Shown here: positions 19,290 through 28,018 of the stretch, one piece after another | How the letters are laid out: each line of letters begins with the position of its first letter | How positions within the stretch are numbered: the first letter of the stretch is position 1 | Assembly (NCBI GenBank): GCA_029258795.1 | Contig: JAPDKB010000007.1 | Span: 55,070-119,069, forward strand | Source of the DNA: an archaeon | Lineage (GTDB): Archaea; EX4484-52; WAPT01 | Reading direction: 5' to 3' | Length of the DNA: 64,000 bases | Translations under genes and position numbers: made by a program | Notes under the pieces: model-generated | Database searches by the model: none | Told to the model about the DNA's origin: nothing | Seen by the model: the letters and a program-made list of their open reading frames with translations, nothing else

Positions 19290-19352
19290 AAATAGAGATG
19301 ATGGATATGTGCAGCCGTTTGATTTAAAATTCTCCTTCTTTAATTTTTATCC

Positions 19353-20588
19353 ATGCTTTCCGTGCTCAAAAAATTGTTTGGGGATGAAATAACTCTATCT
19401 GTTTTTGAATTCATGCTCAAACATGCTGACGATCTTATTAGTGTGGATGATATTTCCTCGAAATTCAACATCAAGAAGAATGATGCCAGAAAGGTGTTGG
19501 AGAAGCTGGTAAGCATCGGTGTGGTGGAGAAGAGAGGAGAGGGCTACATTCTTTCCATGGAGCATGAAGTGGTGAGATGGTTGAAAAATGAGGAAGCGGT
19601 TCATCACTTCTCCCGTGAAAAAATTTCCAAGCTCACAGAAATGCTCAAAAAAGCGAGGAAATGCGATATTCTGCTGCACCACAACGCTGATCCAGATGCT
19701 GTGGGTAGCGGTGTAGCTCTAGCCATTGGGCTCAAACAGCTCGGTGTTGAATGCAGGGTTGTTGCGCCTCTCGGGTTGAGTGCTCAGTCAAAAAAGCTTC
19801 TTCAGGCTTATCCATACCCCATCGAGGAAGATGCCAGCCAGCTTTCAGAAATGGTGATTGTGGTTGATACCGGCTCCTCGGCACAGCTGCCTGCACAAGC
19901 GCTGAACAACAAAAAGGTTGTGGTGATTGATCACCACACCCCCGGAGATGTTGCCAAGAGTGCTCTTATATCCTTCGTGGATGAAAAATGCAGAGCTACT
20001 GCTGTGGTCATATACTACCTGCTGCTCGGCATGAATGTGAAAATCACGCGCGAAATAGCCACTTACTTGATCGCGGGCATAGTTGCGGATACGGGTTTTC
20101 TCAGAATGTGCAGGAATGAGGAGGTGCATGTGTTGGACGCGCTCCTCAAAAAAGGTGTGGACCTCCAGCATATAATGAACGTTCTGCACGTGGAGAGGGA
20201 CTATTCGGAAAGGATTGCCGTGCTAAAGGGTGTGCGGAGAGTCGAGCTTTATTCTGTGGGGGAAGTTATAGTTGCCATCACGGAGATAGGGAGCTACGAA
20301 TCCATGGTTGCGCTGTCCTTGCTGAAGCTTGGCGCTGATGTTGGTGTTGCTGCGAACATTCAGAAAGATGAGATCAGAATTTCGTGCAGGGTGAGGAGCT
20401 CCGTTGCCCAACAGATAAATATGCTGGAAATTTTCAGCCAGCTTGAAAATCTACTAAATGGAAAGAGTGGCGGGCACATCACAGCCGTTTCATTCAACGG
20501 AAAAGCTCCTGAGAACTGGGATAAGGCGAGAGAACAGATTGTGAAAGCGATATCAGAAAAGCTTGGCAAAAAAGTTAAAAAGATTTGA
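19353..20588 (+). CDS. DHH/DHHA1 phosphoesterase (NrnA/RecJ-like) with an N-terminal winged-helix domain
   Basis: Motifs HHNADPDAVGSG, VVVDTGS, VVVIDHH, and the GGH motif (GKSGGHITAVSF). The N-terminal ~70 aa look like a wHTH. Confidence 0.8.
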   Translation: MLSVLKKLFGDEITLSVFEFMLKHADDLISVDDISSKFNIKKNDARKVLEKLVSIGVVEKRGEGYILSMEHEVVRWLKNEEAVHHFSREKISKLTEMLKKARKCDILLHHNADPDAVGSGVALAIGLKQLGVECRVVAPLGLSAQSKKLLQAYPYPIEEDASQLSEMVIVVDTGSSAQLPAQALNNKKVVVIDHHTPGDVAKSALISFVDEKCRATAVVIYYLLLGMNVKITREIATYLIAGIVADTGFLRMCRNEEVHVLDALLKKGVDLQHIMNVLHVERDYSERIAVLKGVRRVELYSVGEVIVAITEIGSYESMVALSLLKLGADVGVAANIQKDEIRISCRVRSSVAQQINMLEIFSQLENLLNGKSGGHITAVSFNGKAPENWDKAREQIVKAISEKLGKKVKKI

Positions 20589-20653
20589 ACTGCAGGTATA
20601 AACAACTTCATTCTTGAAGTTAAAGCGCGGTTTCAAATCTCTGTTTTAGGGAG

Positions 20654-20920
20654 GTGATGCACATGGACGCATTACAGGACATAAAAGCCATTCTGAGAGA
20701 GCTCGCGGATGATAGAAAGATTCCGAAGAACGTGAGGGCTGTTATCGAAGATGCTATAAAGGAGCTGAACAAGGAAGAGCTGCCTGCCAAAACCAGAGTT
20801 AATACTGTCATAACCATGCTGGAAGAGGTCAGCAATGATCCCAACTTGCAGCCCTTCTCAAGAACTGAAATATGGAATGTCGTATCAATGCTGGAGATGA
20901 TTCAGAAGGATCTGGGATGA
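20654..20920 (+). CDS. UPF0147-family small helical protein
   Basis: 88 aa. DDRKIPKNVRAVIEDAIKEL...SNDPNLQPFSRTEIWNVVSMLE matches my memory of the archaeal UPF0147 family. Confidence 0.55.
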   Translation: MMHMDALQDIKAILRELADDRKIPKNVRAVIEDAIKELNKEELPAKTRVNTVITMLEEVSNDPNLQPFSRTEIWNVVSMLEMIQKDLG

Positions 20921-20946
20921 TCAAAAGCGCTCCCTGCTTCTTCATT

Positions 20947-23900
20947 TTATTCACTCTTTTTTGTTCGGAACACTGTAATCGCTGCTAAAGTCAGCACAGC
21001 CAGCATTTCTATGAAACCGATACCTGGCTGTTCGGTGGGTGCTTCGCCCGCTTTTGGTGAGACCACAGTATATCCTATTTTCTTGGGCTCGCTCGCTTCA
21101 TTAAAGACGTTGCTTTTTGCAGTTACGTTGAAATAATAGCTACCCTCTTCAAGAGGCTTTATGTTCACAAACACAATTCTTCGTGAGTTAGCGTTGATTA
21201 AGAAAGTCACACAGTTTCCTGAGGGGCTCATTCCTCCATATTCCATCACTTCCACTCTTGCCCCTCTTCCAAACGGATTGTTAACACACACTGTAATGTT
21301 ATCGGGTACAGGGTTCAAATTGTAGATGATGAGAGGCACCCTATATGATTCCATGTTTAATGGAATTATTAATCCTGCTGAGATTGTTGGTGCGCCCCCA
21401 ATACTGGGTGCTCCTTTAACCTCGCTCAAGGCGGCGCAACTTCTATCCATCAACCTACATACGTGAGAGAAACATTCATCGTTAGAACTGCAAGCACATC
21501 CTGAAGCCTTCTTAACCTCAAACGTTCCTTTAATTTCCCATCTATTTCCTGAACCATCTTTGAGTTTGAGAGTATAACCGTAAGTTCCGTAGTCCTCACA
21601 TTTAGTAGGAGTTCTGAAAGTGCATTTCTTTGAGAGTTCGGGTGTGGGGCTGGAAGCTGAGGCGAAGCATGTTGATGTTGTCATGTTGGTGGTCAGCTCC
21701 ATATATGTACAGCCCGAATCATCATCCTCACACGTTATGGTGAAGTTGATATAGGAGGCGGTAGATGCTATCTCTGGCTCCACCAGCACGCTGCCTGCTG
21801 GCTTTTTCTTATCTATGAAAACCTTCACACTCTTCCAGTCCTCTTTATTGCCAGCATTATCCACACTACGATAGAACAATTCATCAATGCAAACCTCACC
21901 ATCAGGACATGTGACCTGTATTGTGGCTGAACCGCCATCAACACTTTTCACATTGGATTGCCCTTGTGTGGCATAATAATATTCTATCCGATTACATCCT
22001 GATCCTGCAAAATCATTGCAGGTGAGTTTGAACTCTACATCCTGATTTGTCCAGGTTCCGGGAGTGTAGGAAGATACACGCTGAGTGATGGGTTTTTGTA
22101 TGTCTTGTTTGAAGGGATTGCTTTCATGGGTGGTTTCTTTATTTCCCCATTTATCGATGCTGAAATAGCAAATCTTGTTTTGACACACATAGTTGGAACT
22201 AGAAGAGCATTTTAAAGTTAAGGTGATAGATTGGAGTTGAGAGGATGAATAATCATTGATATTTGTCGGGCACTGCTCCCCAACTTTAACCACCTTATAA
22301 TATGTTTTATAACAACCCGACCCGGAAAAATCTGTGCACTTCAAGGTAACGCTTACATCCTCATTTGTCCAGTCCACACCATTCGGATTAATGGTGGTGG
22401 ATGGAGGTTGATTATCTATGAATATTTTCTCGCACTTCTGTGTCCCTTTGTTGCCTGCTTTATCTACAGAATAATAGCATACCGTCCATGTCACCACCTC
22501 GCCCTCTGGCGAGGTTAGAGTGAAAGCTCCAGTGTACTTGGTGGTGGGGTTGCAGGTGGTGGAGGAAGTGGTCTTGCAGTAGTAGGTTGCTGCGCATCCG
22601 CTTGCTGCAGGACTATGGTCGTCACAAATTAATTTGACTTCAAAGGTGCTAGAGCTCTTCTTAGTTTTACTCAAGTAAGTTGTTGGAGGTGTGTAATCAC
22701 ATCTTATATATCCGTTGGAAGGATTATACCACCACCCTCCCACATTACCATTGACATCCTTGCATCTGAGAGCAAATCTAACCGCGTCGTATTGTTGTGC
22801 TTTAAATATGTAGGTTGTTCCGGTGCTCCATGAAAGATAGTGCCAACTACCACCATAATATATGGCCAGCTGGTAGGGATATGATGCCAGTCCGACATTA
22901 TCGGTGCATTTCCAGTTGAGACTGTAGGTGCAGGATTTTGTCCAGCCTGCCACCACATTTTGCATGTATTTTTCCTCCGCACCTATGGAGACCTTCGGTT
23001 CTGGGCTTATATATTTTCGAATTCTTATATCATCCACCCACAACCATTGAGAATGGTCTCCCATATCACACCAATCACAGCTATAATCCATAACGATCAA
23101 TCTTATTCTCACGCTCTGACCCTTGTACCGAGATATATCCTGACTGAAAAATGTCCAGCCAGTAGGTATCTTTGGTGGTGTGTAGAGTGTGCCAGTTTCA
23201 GGGTCTTTTCTGTTGGTACATGCACGGAGAGCACTCCACCCTCTATGACTGCACGCAAGCCAGTAAACGTTATTGTGAGTACCTCCGCCCAGTTCTATGC
23301 ACGGCTTTGGTCCATAACCATAACCATCCTTTTCTATGGCGACACCTTTCAGCCAGCTCCAGTAATCTCCACTCACTTTAGCTTTGAATTCTATCTTGAG
23401 TTTGGCAGGTGTTGATGGTAATGTAACAGATCTTACCAAGCCCGCATCTCCACAGAAACCACTCCACCCAGTGTAAAGATATGCACCGTAAGGAGGTGAT
23501 GTGTATGCTGATGCCTTAGTTGTGATTGTAGACATGGTATCGGTAGTTGTACATACATCGCGAGTATCTGCATCCCCCTTGTTACAATCGGTAACCCTGT
23601 TGATGAAGGATGTGAACCCGCTCGAGCTAAAATCATCGAAGAAATCAAATACTGCTGCGCCATTACTTTCGCTTGTTGCTGATGGATTACCGTAGTACAT
23701 GTAGATCAGTGTTTTCTTGTTTGTTCCTGCCGGGAGCTTCGGCAGTTTGACCCATATTATGGCTTGTGTTGATGTGCATTTTTCTATATAGTAGCTTAAC
23801 TTCTGTCCACCTTGGTATGTAACGAATCTTATATCCGAGCAATCAGACTTCATCTTTCCACTTGAGATTAATGTGGAGGGGTCAAAAACTATTTTTACAG

Positions 23901-26900
23901 GATAATTTGTGATTTCTTTTGTAGTGGATGAAGTTATTGTGATCAGTTTTCTGTATTTCCAGTTAGCGTTCCACCATCCACTACCTGTTGGCACTCCTGC
24001 ATCAAAATAGACCAAAGTTGGAGGTTGTGTGTCTGCATATGTTTCAACTATCACCTCACAATTTAAACCCGCACCATCCGGACAGCAACAGCAACCACCA
24101 CAACTGTTTCGGCTTGAAGTACCGAAGTGAAGTTTCCAGTAGTCGTGATACTTTGCCGTATAATATCCTCCTCTCACACTACATTTTGGTATGCTAACTA
24201 CTCTCCATTTCTTCGTGTTGACATATAGCTCACCTTCAACTGCAGCACATCTGGCGCATCCGTAACAACAATCAGCATGCTCTGTTGTACCAATGAGCCT
24301 GATCTTCCATCGTGTGCCACTTTCCTTTATCTTGTTCGCATACCATCCTCTGTAACGAGTACAACAATCTCTACCCGGACGATAGTAGCACCAGTACTCA
24401 CAGCACCCTCTACACGACGGGTCACTCGGATTCAAGCGGAAATTGAATGTTTCCGTATAGGTGAACTGACTGTTAAGGGTGGTGCAGTATGTGCTGCCCA
24501 CACTTCCGTGGGAAGAGGTGAATGGATGTATTGGTCCATATCTAGCGGTTGTCCATTTTACACCCACTTCGGAACATGGAGCAGCGTGAGCGGTTGTTGA
24601 GTTGAGCGTTACAAATATCGTGGTGAATGCAAATAGAAGCACCGTTATTTTCAGAATAAAGGGTGGCGGTACATTGTAGGGTTGTGGGGGCAGCACACTT
24701 CCACCACTTTCATTCTCACCTTCACTTTTGCGTTGGGATATGTATTTTATGAGTAGGTAAATTACTACAACGATCAAGAGGATCAATATCAACACCATCC
24801 ACCATTTCCTTTCTTTGGTCTTTGATTCCTTTTTTGCCTCTGCCTGCTCTGCAGAAGAAGGTAAGGTTGCTCCTGTCTGCTTTAATGATAAAGTTTCGGT
24901 AACTGAAGCCGATTTTAGGGATTCACCACCCGGATAAATGATATCAACTCTGGCCTCACCGTATTTGTTTGTGTAGGATGGTGCTCTAAATGTCGCTTTA
25001 AACTCGCCGTTCTCATCTGTTGTCACATCCATAACATGTTGATTTGTCACTCCATCATAAATTTCCAGTTTCAGATTAGGTACTGGAGTTCCTTCGGTGT
25101 CTTGAACTTCTCCTTCCAAAGAAATGTAAGTTCTATTAAGCTCGTCATGCCATATTTTCTTTTCAGTAATTGTAATTGTGATTAGCTTAGTGGCGTTATT
25201 ACAAAGTTCGGTAGCTTCCGTTTCTAGCTCTTTTTCCTTAAATCTGGTATAGAATATAACGCTCTTGTGAATAACTTCTCCATCTTTATACCTGCAGTAA
25301 ACATCCAACTTATTTTCGCCTTCCTTTGGGTATATCCATAAGTCGGTGTCATTCGCTAATGTTGAGTTCAGGCCATTGTTGAGAGAGTAAAGGCAGGTTT
25401 GTACGCTCCCTGTGTATGCCGCCCTAAATTTCACCTCCGATGATGTGTAAATGGCAGCATCTTCAGGATACAATATAGTAAGTTCTCTTTTTTCCTCCCA
25501 TCCACACTTCACTGAATTATTCTCGATTGTTTTGTACACACATTTGTTAAGAGAGACATTATAATACCCGTCAGAATAGTAAGTTGTGCCTACGCATTTG
25601 TCCGGGCATTCGGTAACCGTTGTTTCCTTAGAAGGTTGAGTGGTTTCCGTGGGGGCGCCTATTTCAACCGTTTCATCTTCTTCCACCCCTGCACATAGAG
25701 GTGAAGAGTACACAACCGTTAAATACTCACACTCTCCCGTAGTTGAAATGCATATACCATTGGAATAGTAAGTTGTGCCTACGCATTTGTCCGGGCATGT
25801 AACGTCCTGGCATGGATCCACCGTTTCATTAACGCTTACCGGTGGCTGTGGTGGTGTTTCTGGCTCTGGAGTGCTTTCTTCACATATGTCGGCATTTTCA
25901 ATGATGGTAAGATACATGCAATCTCCCGTCGAGGAATCGCATATACCATCGGAATAGTAAGTTGTGCCTACGCATTTGTCCGGGCATGTAACGTCCTGGC
26001 ATGGATCCACCCATTCTGATTTACAATCATCAGGACACGTCTCTGAGTTCTCTCCACTTTCACATATGCCATCACCACACACGGGCTGATAAATCTCTAA
26101 TTCTTCAATGGGTACTGTGGAATCTTGCATCGTATAAATATCATCATTACCCTCCCTATCTGACCTCCACACCACATAATAAATGTCATTACTTGAATCA
26201 TAATAGAGGAAGGGATCTTCATCATTTGCTGTGGAATTTGTTATGTATTTGCTTGATGACCATCCGTTGGTAGATGAATAAAATGAATAATGGATATCAC
26301 CTTGATGGGAATATATGGCCAGCAAATTGGTCGAGTTGCTTATCACCATACAGTTGGATACATTATGAGTCACTACCGATCCTCCTGTTTTAAGAGATTC
26401 AAGCCTGTCTCCAACCACTACATTGCAAACGTTATTTTCAATCCACGAGAGTATGTACTTTCCCCCATAATATGTTAAAACAATTCTACTGGTGTCAGAA
26501 GAAAATATTCTTACTTCTGTCTCGTTATTCCAGTCATCTCCATCCGAACTCCAGCTGCATTTCATCGTTCCAACTATACCCATACCCGTAACCTCCGCAA
26601 ACTCAAGCCAGCACACCACAAAATGTGTTCCGTTAAAAATCGCTGTGGTACTTGAAATATCTGCATCATTTGATGGGATGTACAACACACTTGCATTTGT
26701 CCATCCTTCTTCGGGAGAATAAGTAGCATAATGAATCGCTTTTTCATTAAGCATTGAAGTGATGTTTCTATTCACCCACACTACTAGAAACTTGCCATTA
26801 CCGTAGGTTACAGAAGGAAATTGGTTCAAAGTCGTGTTAGAAGTGTTAGATATCGTAGCACCATCAAAAGAAAATGATTTTGAATAGTATGCAGCTACAA

Positions 26901-27117
26901 TATCCCATGTTTCCGAATTCTGTTCAACCCACACAACCATTGTCTCGTTATTGGGACTGATTGACATGGAAGGCATAACTTCATCCATTTCAGTCAGTGT
27001 AATTCTGGAAGGGGTCGCAGAAAAAGCTGCTTGATGTATGTATAGGAACGTTATAGTAATTATTAAAACCAAATAACAGATTCTTCGAATATTGAAAATA
27101 CGCTGTATTGGGCACAT
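20947..27117 (-). CDS. Giant (2056 aa) multi-domain cell-surface protein
   Basis: N-terminal signal-like segment (RRICYLVLIITITFLYIHQAAFSA). Three CPDKCVGTTYYSDG Cys-knot-like repeats. Internal TM (WWMVLILILLIVVVIYLLI) followed by a second signal-like segment. Cys-cluster domain. DUF2341-like block (WKYRKLITIT...IWVKLPKLPAGTNKKTLIYMYYGN). Four or more Ig-like modules with the C-x-D-F-x-GSGC...YY signature. C-terminal hydrophobic anchor followed by RTKKSE. Confidence 0.85.
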   Translation of the reverse strand: MCPIQRIFNIRRICYLVLIITITFLYIHQAAFSATPSRITLTEMDEVMPSMSISPNNETMVVWVEQNSETWDIVAAYYSKSFSFDGATISNTSNTTLNQFPSVTYGNGKFLVVWVNRNITSMLNEKAIHYATYSPEEGWTNASVLYIPSNDADISSTTAIFNGTHFVVCWLEFAEVTGMGIVGTMKCSWSSDGDDWNNETEVRIFSSDTSRIVLTYYGGKYILSWIENNVCNVVVGDRLESLKTGGSVVTHNVSNCMVISNSTNLLAIYSHQGDIHYSFYSSTNGWSSSKYITNSTANDEDPFLYYDSSNDIYYVVWRSDREGNDDIYTMQDSTVPIEELEIYQPVCGDGICESGENSETCPDDCKSEWVDPCQDVTCPDKCVGTTYYSDGICDSSTGDCMYLTIIENADICEESTPEPETPPQPPVSVNETVDPCQDVTCPDKCVGTTYYSNGICISTTGECEYLTVVYSSPLCAGVEEDETVEIGAPTETTQPSKETTVTECPDKCVGTTYYSDGYYNVSLNKCVYKTIENNSVKCGWEEKRELTILYPEDAAIYTSSEVKFRAAYTGSVQTCLYSLNNGLNSTLANDTDLWIYPKEGENKLDVYCRYKDGEVIHKSVIFYTRFKEKELETEATELCNNATKLITITITEKKIWHDELNRTYISLEGEVQDTEGTPVPNLKLEIYDGVTNQHVMDVTTDENGEFKATFRAPSYTNKYGEARVDIIYPGGESLKSASVTETLSLKQTGATLPSSAEQAEAKKESKTKERKWWMVLILILLIVVVIYLLIKYISQRKSEGENESGGSVLPPQPYNVPPPFILKITVLLFAFTTIFVTLNSTTAHAAPCSEVGVKWTTARYGPIHPFTSSHGSVGSTYCTTLNSQFTYTETFNFRLNPSDPSCRGCCEYWCYYRPGRDCCTRYRGWYANKIKESGTRWKIRLIGTTEHADCCYGCARCAAVEGELYVNTKKWRVVSIPKCSVRGGYYTAKYHDYWKLHFGTSSRNSCGGCCCCPDGAGLNCEVIVETYADTQPPTLVYFDAGVPTGSGWWNANWKYRKLITITSSTTKEITNYPVKIVFDPSTLISSGKMKSDCSDIRFVTYQGGQKLSYYIEKCTSTQAIIWVKLPKLPAGTNKKTLIYMYYGNPSATSESNGAAVFDFFDDFSSSGFTSFINRVTDCNKGDADTRDVCTTTDTMSTITTKASAYTSPPYGAYLYTGWSGFCGDAGLVRSVTLPSTPAKLKIEFKAKVSGDYWSWLKGVAIEKDGYGYGPKPCIELGGGTHNNVYWLACSHRGWSALRACTNRKDPETGTLYTPPKIPTGWTFFSQDISRYKGQSVRIRLIVMDYSCDWCDMGDHSQWLWVDDIRIRKYISPEPKVSIGAEEKYMQNVVAGWTKSCTYSLNWKCTDNVGLASYPYQLAIYYGGSWHYLSWSTGTTYIFKAQQYDAVRFALRCKDVNGNVGGWWYNPSNGYIRCDYTPPTTYLSKTKKSSSTFEVKLICDDHSPAASGCAATYYCKTTSSTTCNPTTKYTGAFTLTSPEGEVVTWTVCYYSVDKAGNKGTQKCEKIFIDNQPPSTTINPNGVDWTNEDVSVTLKCTDFSGSGCYKTYYKVVKVGEQCPTNINDYSSSQLQSITLTLKCSSSSNYVCQNKICYFSIDKWGNKETTHESNPFKQDIQKPITQRVSSYTPGTWTNQDVEFKLTCNDFAGSGCNRIEYYYATQGQSNVKSVDGGSATIQVTCPDGEVCIDELFYRSVDNAGNKEDWKSVKVFIDKKKPAGSVLVEPEIASTASYINFTITCEDDDSGCTYMELTTNMTTSTCFASASSPTPELSKKCTFRTPTKCEDYGTYGYTLKLKDGSGNRWEIKGTFEVKKASGCACSSNDECFSHVCRLMDRSCAALSEVKGAPSIGGAPTISAGLIIPLNMESYRVPLIIYNLNPVPDNITVCVNNPFGRGARVEVMEYGGMSPSGNCVTFLINANSRRIVFVNIKPLEEGSYYFNVTAKSNVFNEASEPKKIGYTVVSPKAGEAPTEQPGIGFIEMLAVLTLAAITVFRTKKSE
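25574..26010. repeat. Intragenic tandem repeat, period ~189 nt, three copies (two share an exact 60-nt block)
   Basis: The 36-nt core gaatagtaagttgtgcctacgcatttgtccgggcat occurs at 25574, 25763 and 25952. Positions 25762..25821 and 25951..26010 are identical over 60 nt. The repeat encodes DPCQDVTCPDKCVGTTYYS(D/N)GIC. Confidence 0.85.
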
Positions 27118-27155
27118 GTACGATTTAACTGCAAGTTGAATTATATAAAAATTTT

Positions 27156-27428
27156 GTGGGTGGAAGGATTATCATGGAAATGGATACGTTGTTTTCAATC
27201 GGACTATTTTTTATATTACTTGGAATTCTAATCATTATTTTCAGCATTGTTCTGGGGGTTTCTAAAGGAGAAGAAAATGTGAAGGCAGAGGGCGCTTTCA
27301 TCGGTTTTATTGGCCCCATACCTATAGTCATAGGCACGAGCAAACAGGCAATCATTACGGCCCTGCTCTTTTTCGGGGTTATGGTGGTGCTGTGGGTGTT
27401 GCTGCTGAGAAATCACGGTGTGTGGTGA
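27156..27428 (+). CDS. Small membrane protein, DUF131/TIGR00304-like
   Basis: 90 aa with two or three hydrophobic helices. The central FIGFIGPIPIVIGTS motif is as I recall it for archaeal DUF131. Confidence 0.5.
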   Translation: MGGRIIMEMDTLFSIGLFFILLGILIIIFSIVLGVSKGEENVKAEGAFIGFIGPIPIVIGTSKQAIITALLFFGVMVVLWVLLLRNHGVW

Positions 27429-27819
27429 GTGTGTGCGCAAAAAATTCGTGGTGGTGAGGAACACGACCAAAAAGCTTGAGCTAAAGGGCGTGGAGGTGGC
27501 AAGCAACATTTTCCAGCTCACCAGGGGGTTGATGTTTCGGAATGAGGGAAGCATGCTTCTCGATTTTGGTGTTGAATGCAAACCCGGAATCTGGATGCTG
27601 TTCATGCGTTATCCGCTGATGCTTGCATTTGTTAGCGCTGATGGGGAGGTAAAGGGAGTTGTGAAGCATGCCCCACCCATCACCTTTGATCCGAGAACGT
27701 GGAAAGTATTTTATCCTCCCACAAAAATAAGATACGTGCTGGAAGTTGATGTTCGTGCGGTTGAGCGTGGTGAATTTAATGCTGATGTGGGGGATGTGCT
27801 GGAATTTCTGCCTTCCTGA
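27418..27819 (+). CDS. DUF192 (COG1430) family protein
   Basis: LTRGLMFRNEGSMLLDF...GIWMLFMRYPLMLAFVSADGEV matches the DUF192 pattern. Confidence 0.7.
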   Translation: MCGECVRKKFVVVRNTTKKLELKGVEVASNIFQLTRGLMFRNEGSMLLDFGVECKPGIWMLFMRYPLMLAFVSADGEVKGVVKHAPPITFDPRTWKVFYPPTKIRYVLEVDVRAVERGEFNADVGDVLEFLPS

Positions 27820-27875
27820 AAGCGCGGAGAACCATTTTTAAAAGTTGTGCTCCATCTTTATTCCTCGTGCGACTT

Positions 27876-27998
27876 GGGGCCGTGGGGTAGCTTGGCCAGC
27901 CTTCCGGCTTCGGGTGCCGGCGACCCCGGTTCAAATGCCGCGGAGCAAGCTCCTTGTTTCCAGTTACTTCGCGGCTGAGAATCCGGGCGGCCCCACCA
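27876..27998 (+). tRNA. tRNA-Pro (anticodon CGG) with a ~46-nt intron in the T-loop; CCA encoded
   Basis: GGGGCCG-TG-GGGT-AGCTTGGCCA-GCCT-T-CCGGC-TTCGGGT-GCCGG-CGAC-CCCGG-TTCAAAT[GCCGCGG...CGCGGCTGAGAAT]-CCGGG-CGGCCCC-A-CCA. The insert forms its own GCCGCG/CGCGGC stem. The junction is ambiguous by the repeated AAT. Confidence 0.8.
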
Positions 27999-28018
27999 CA
28001 AAAGATTTGGAGGTGTGC

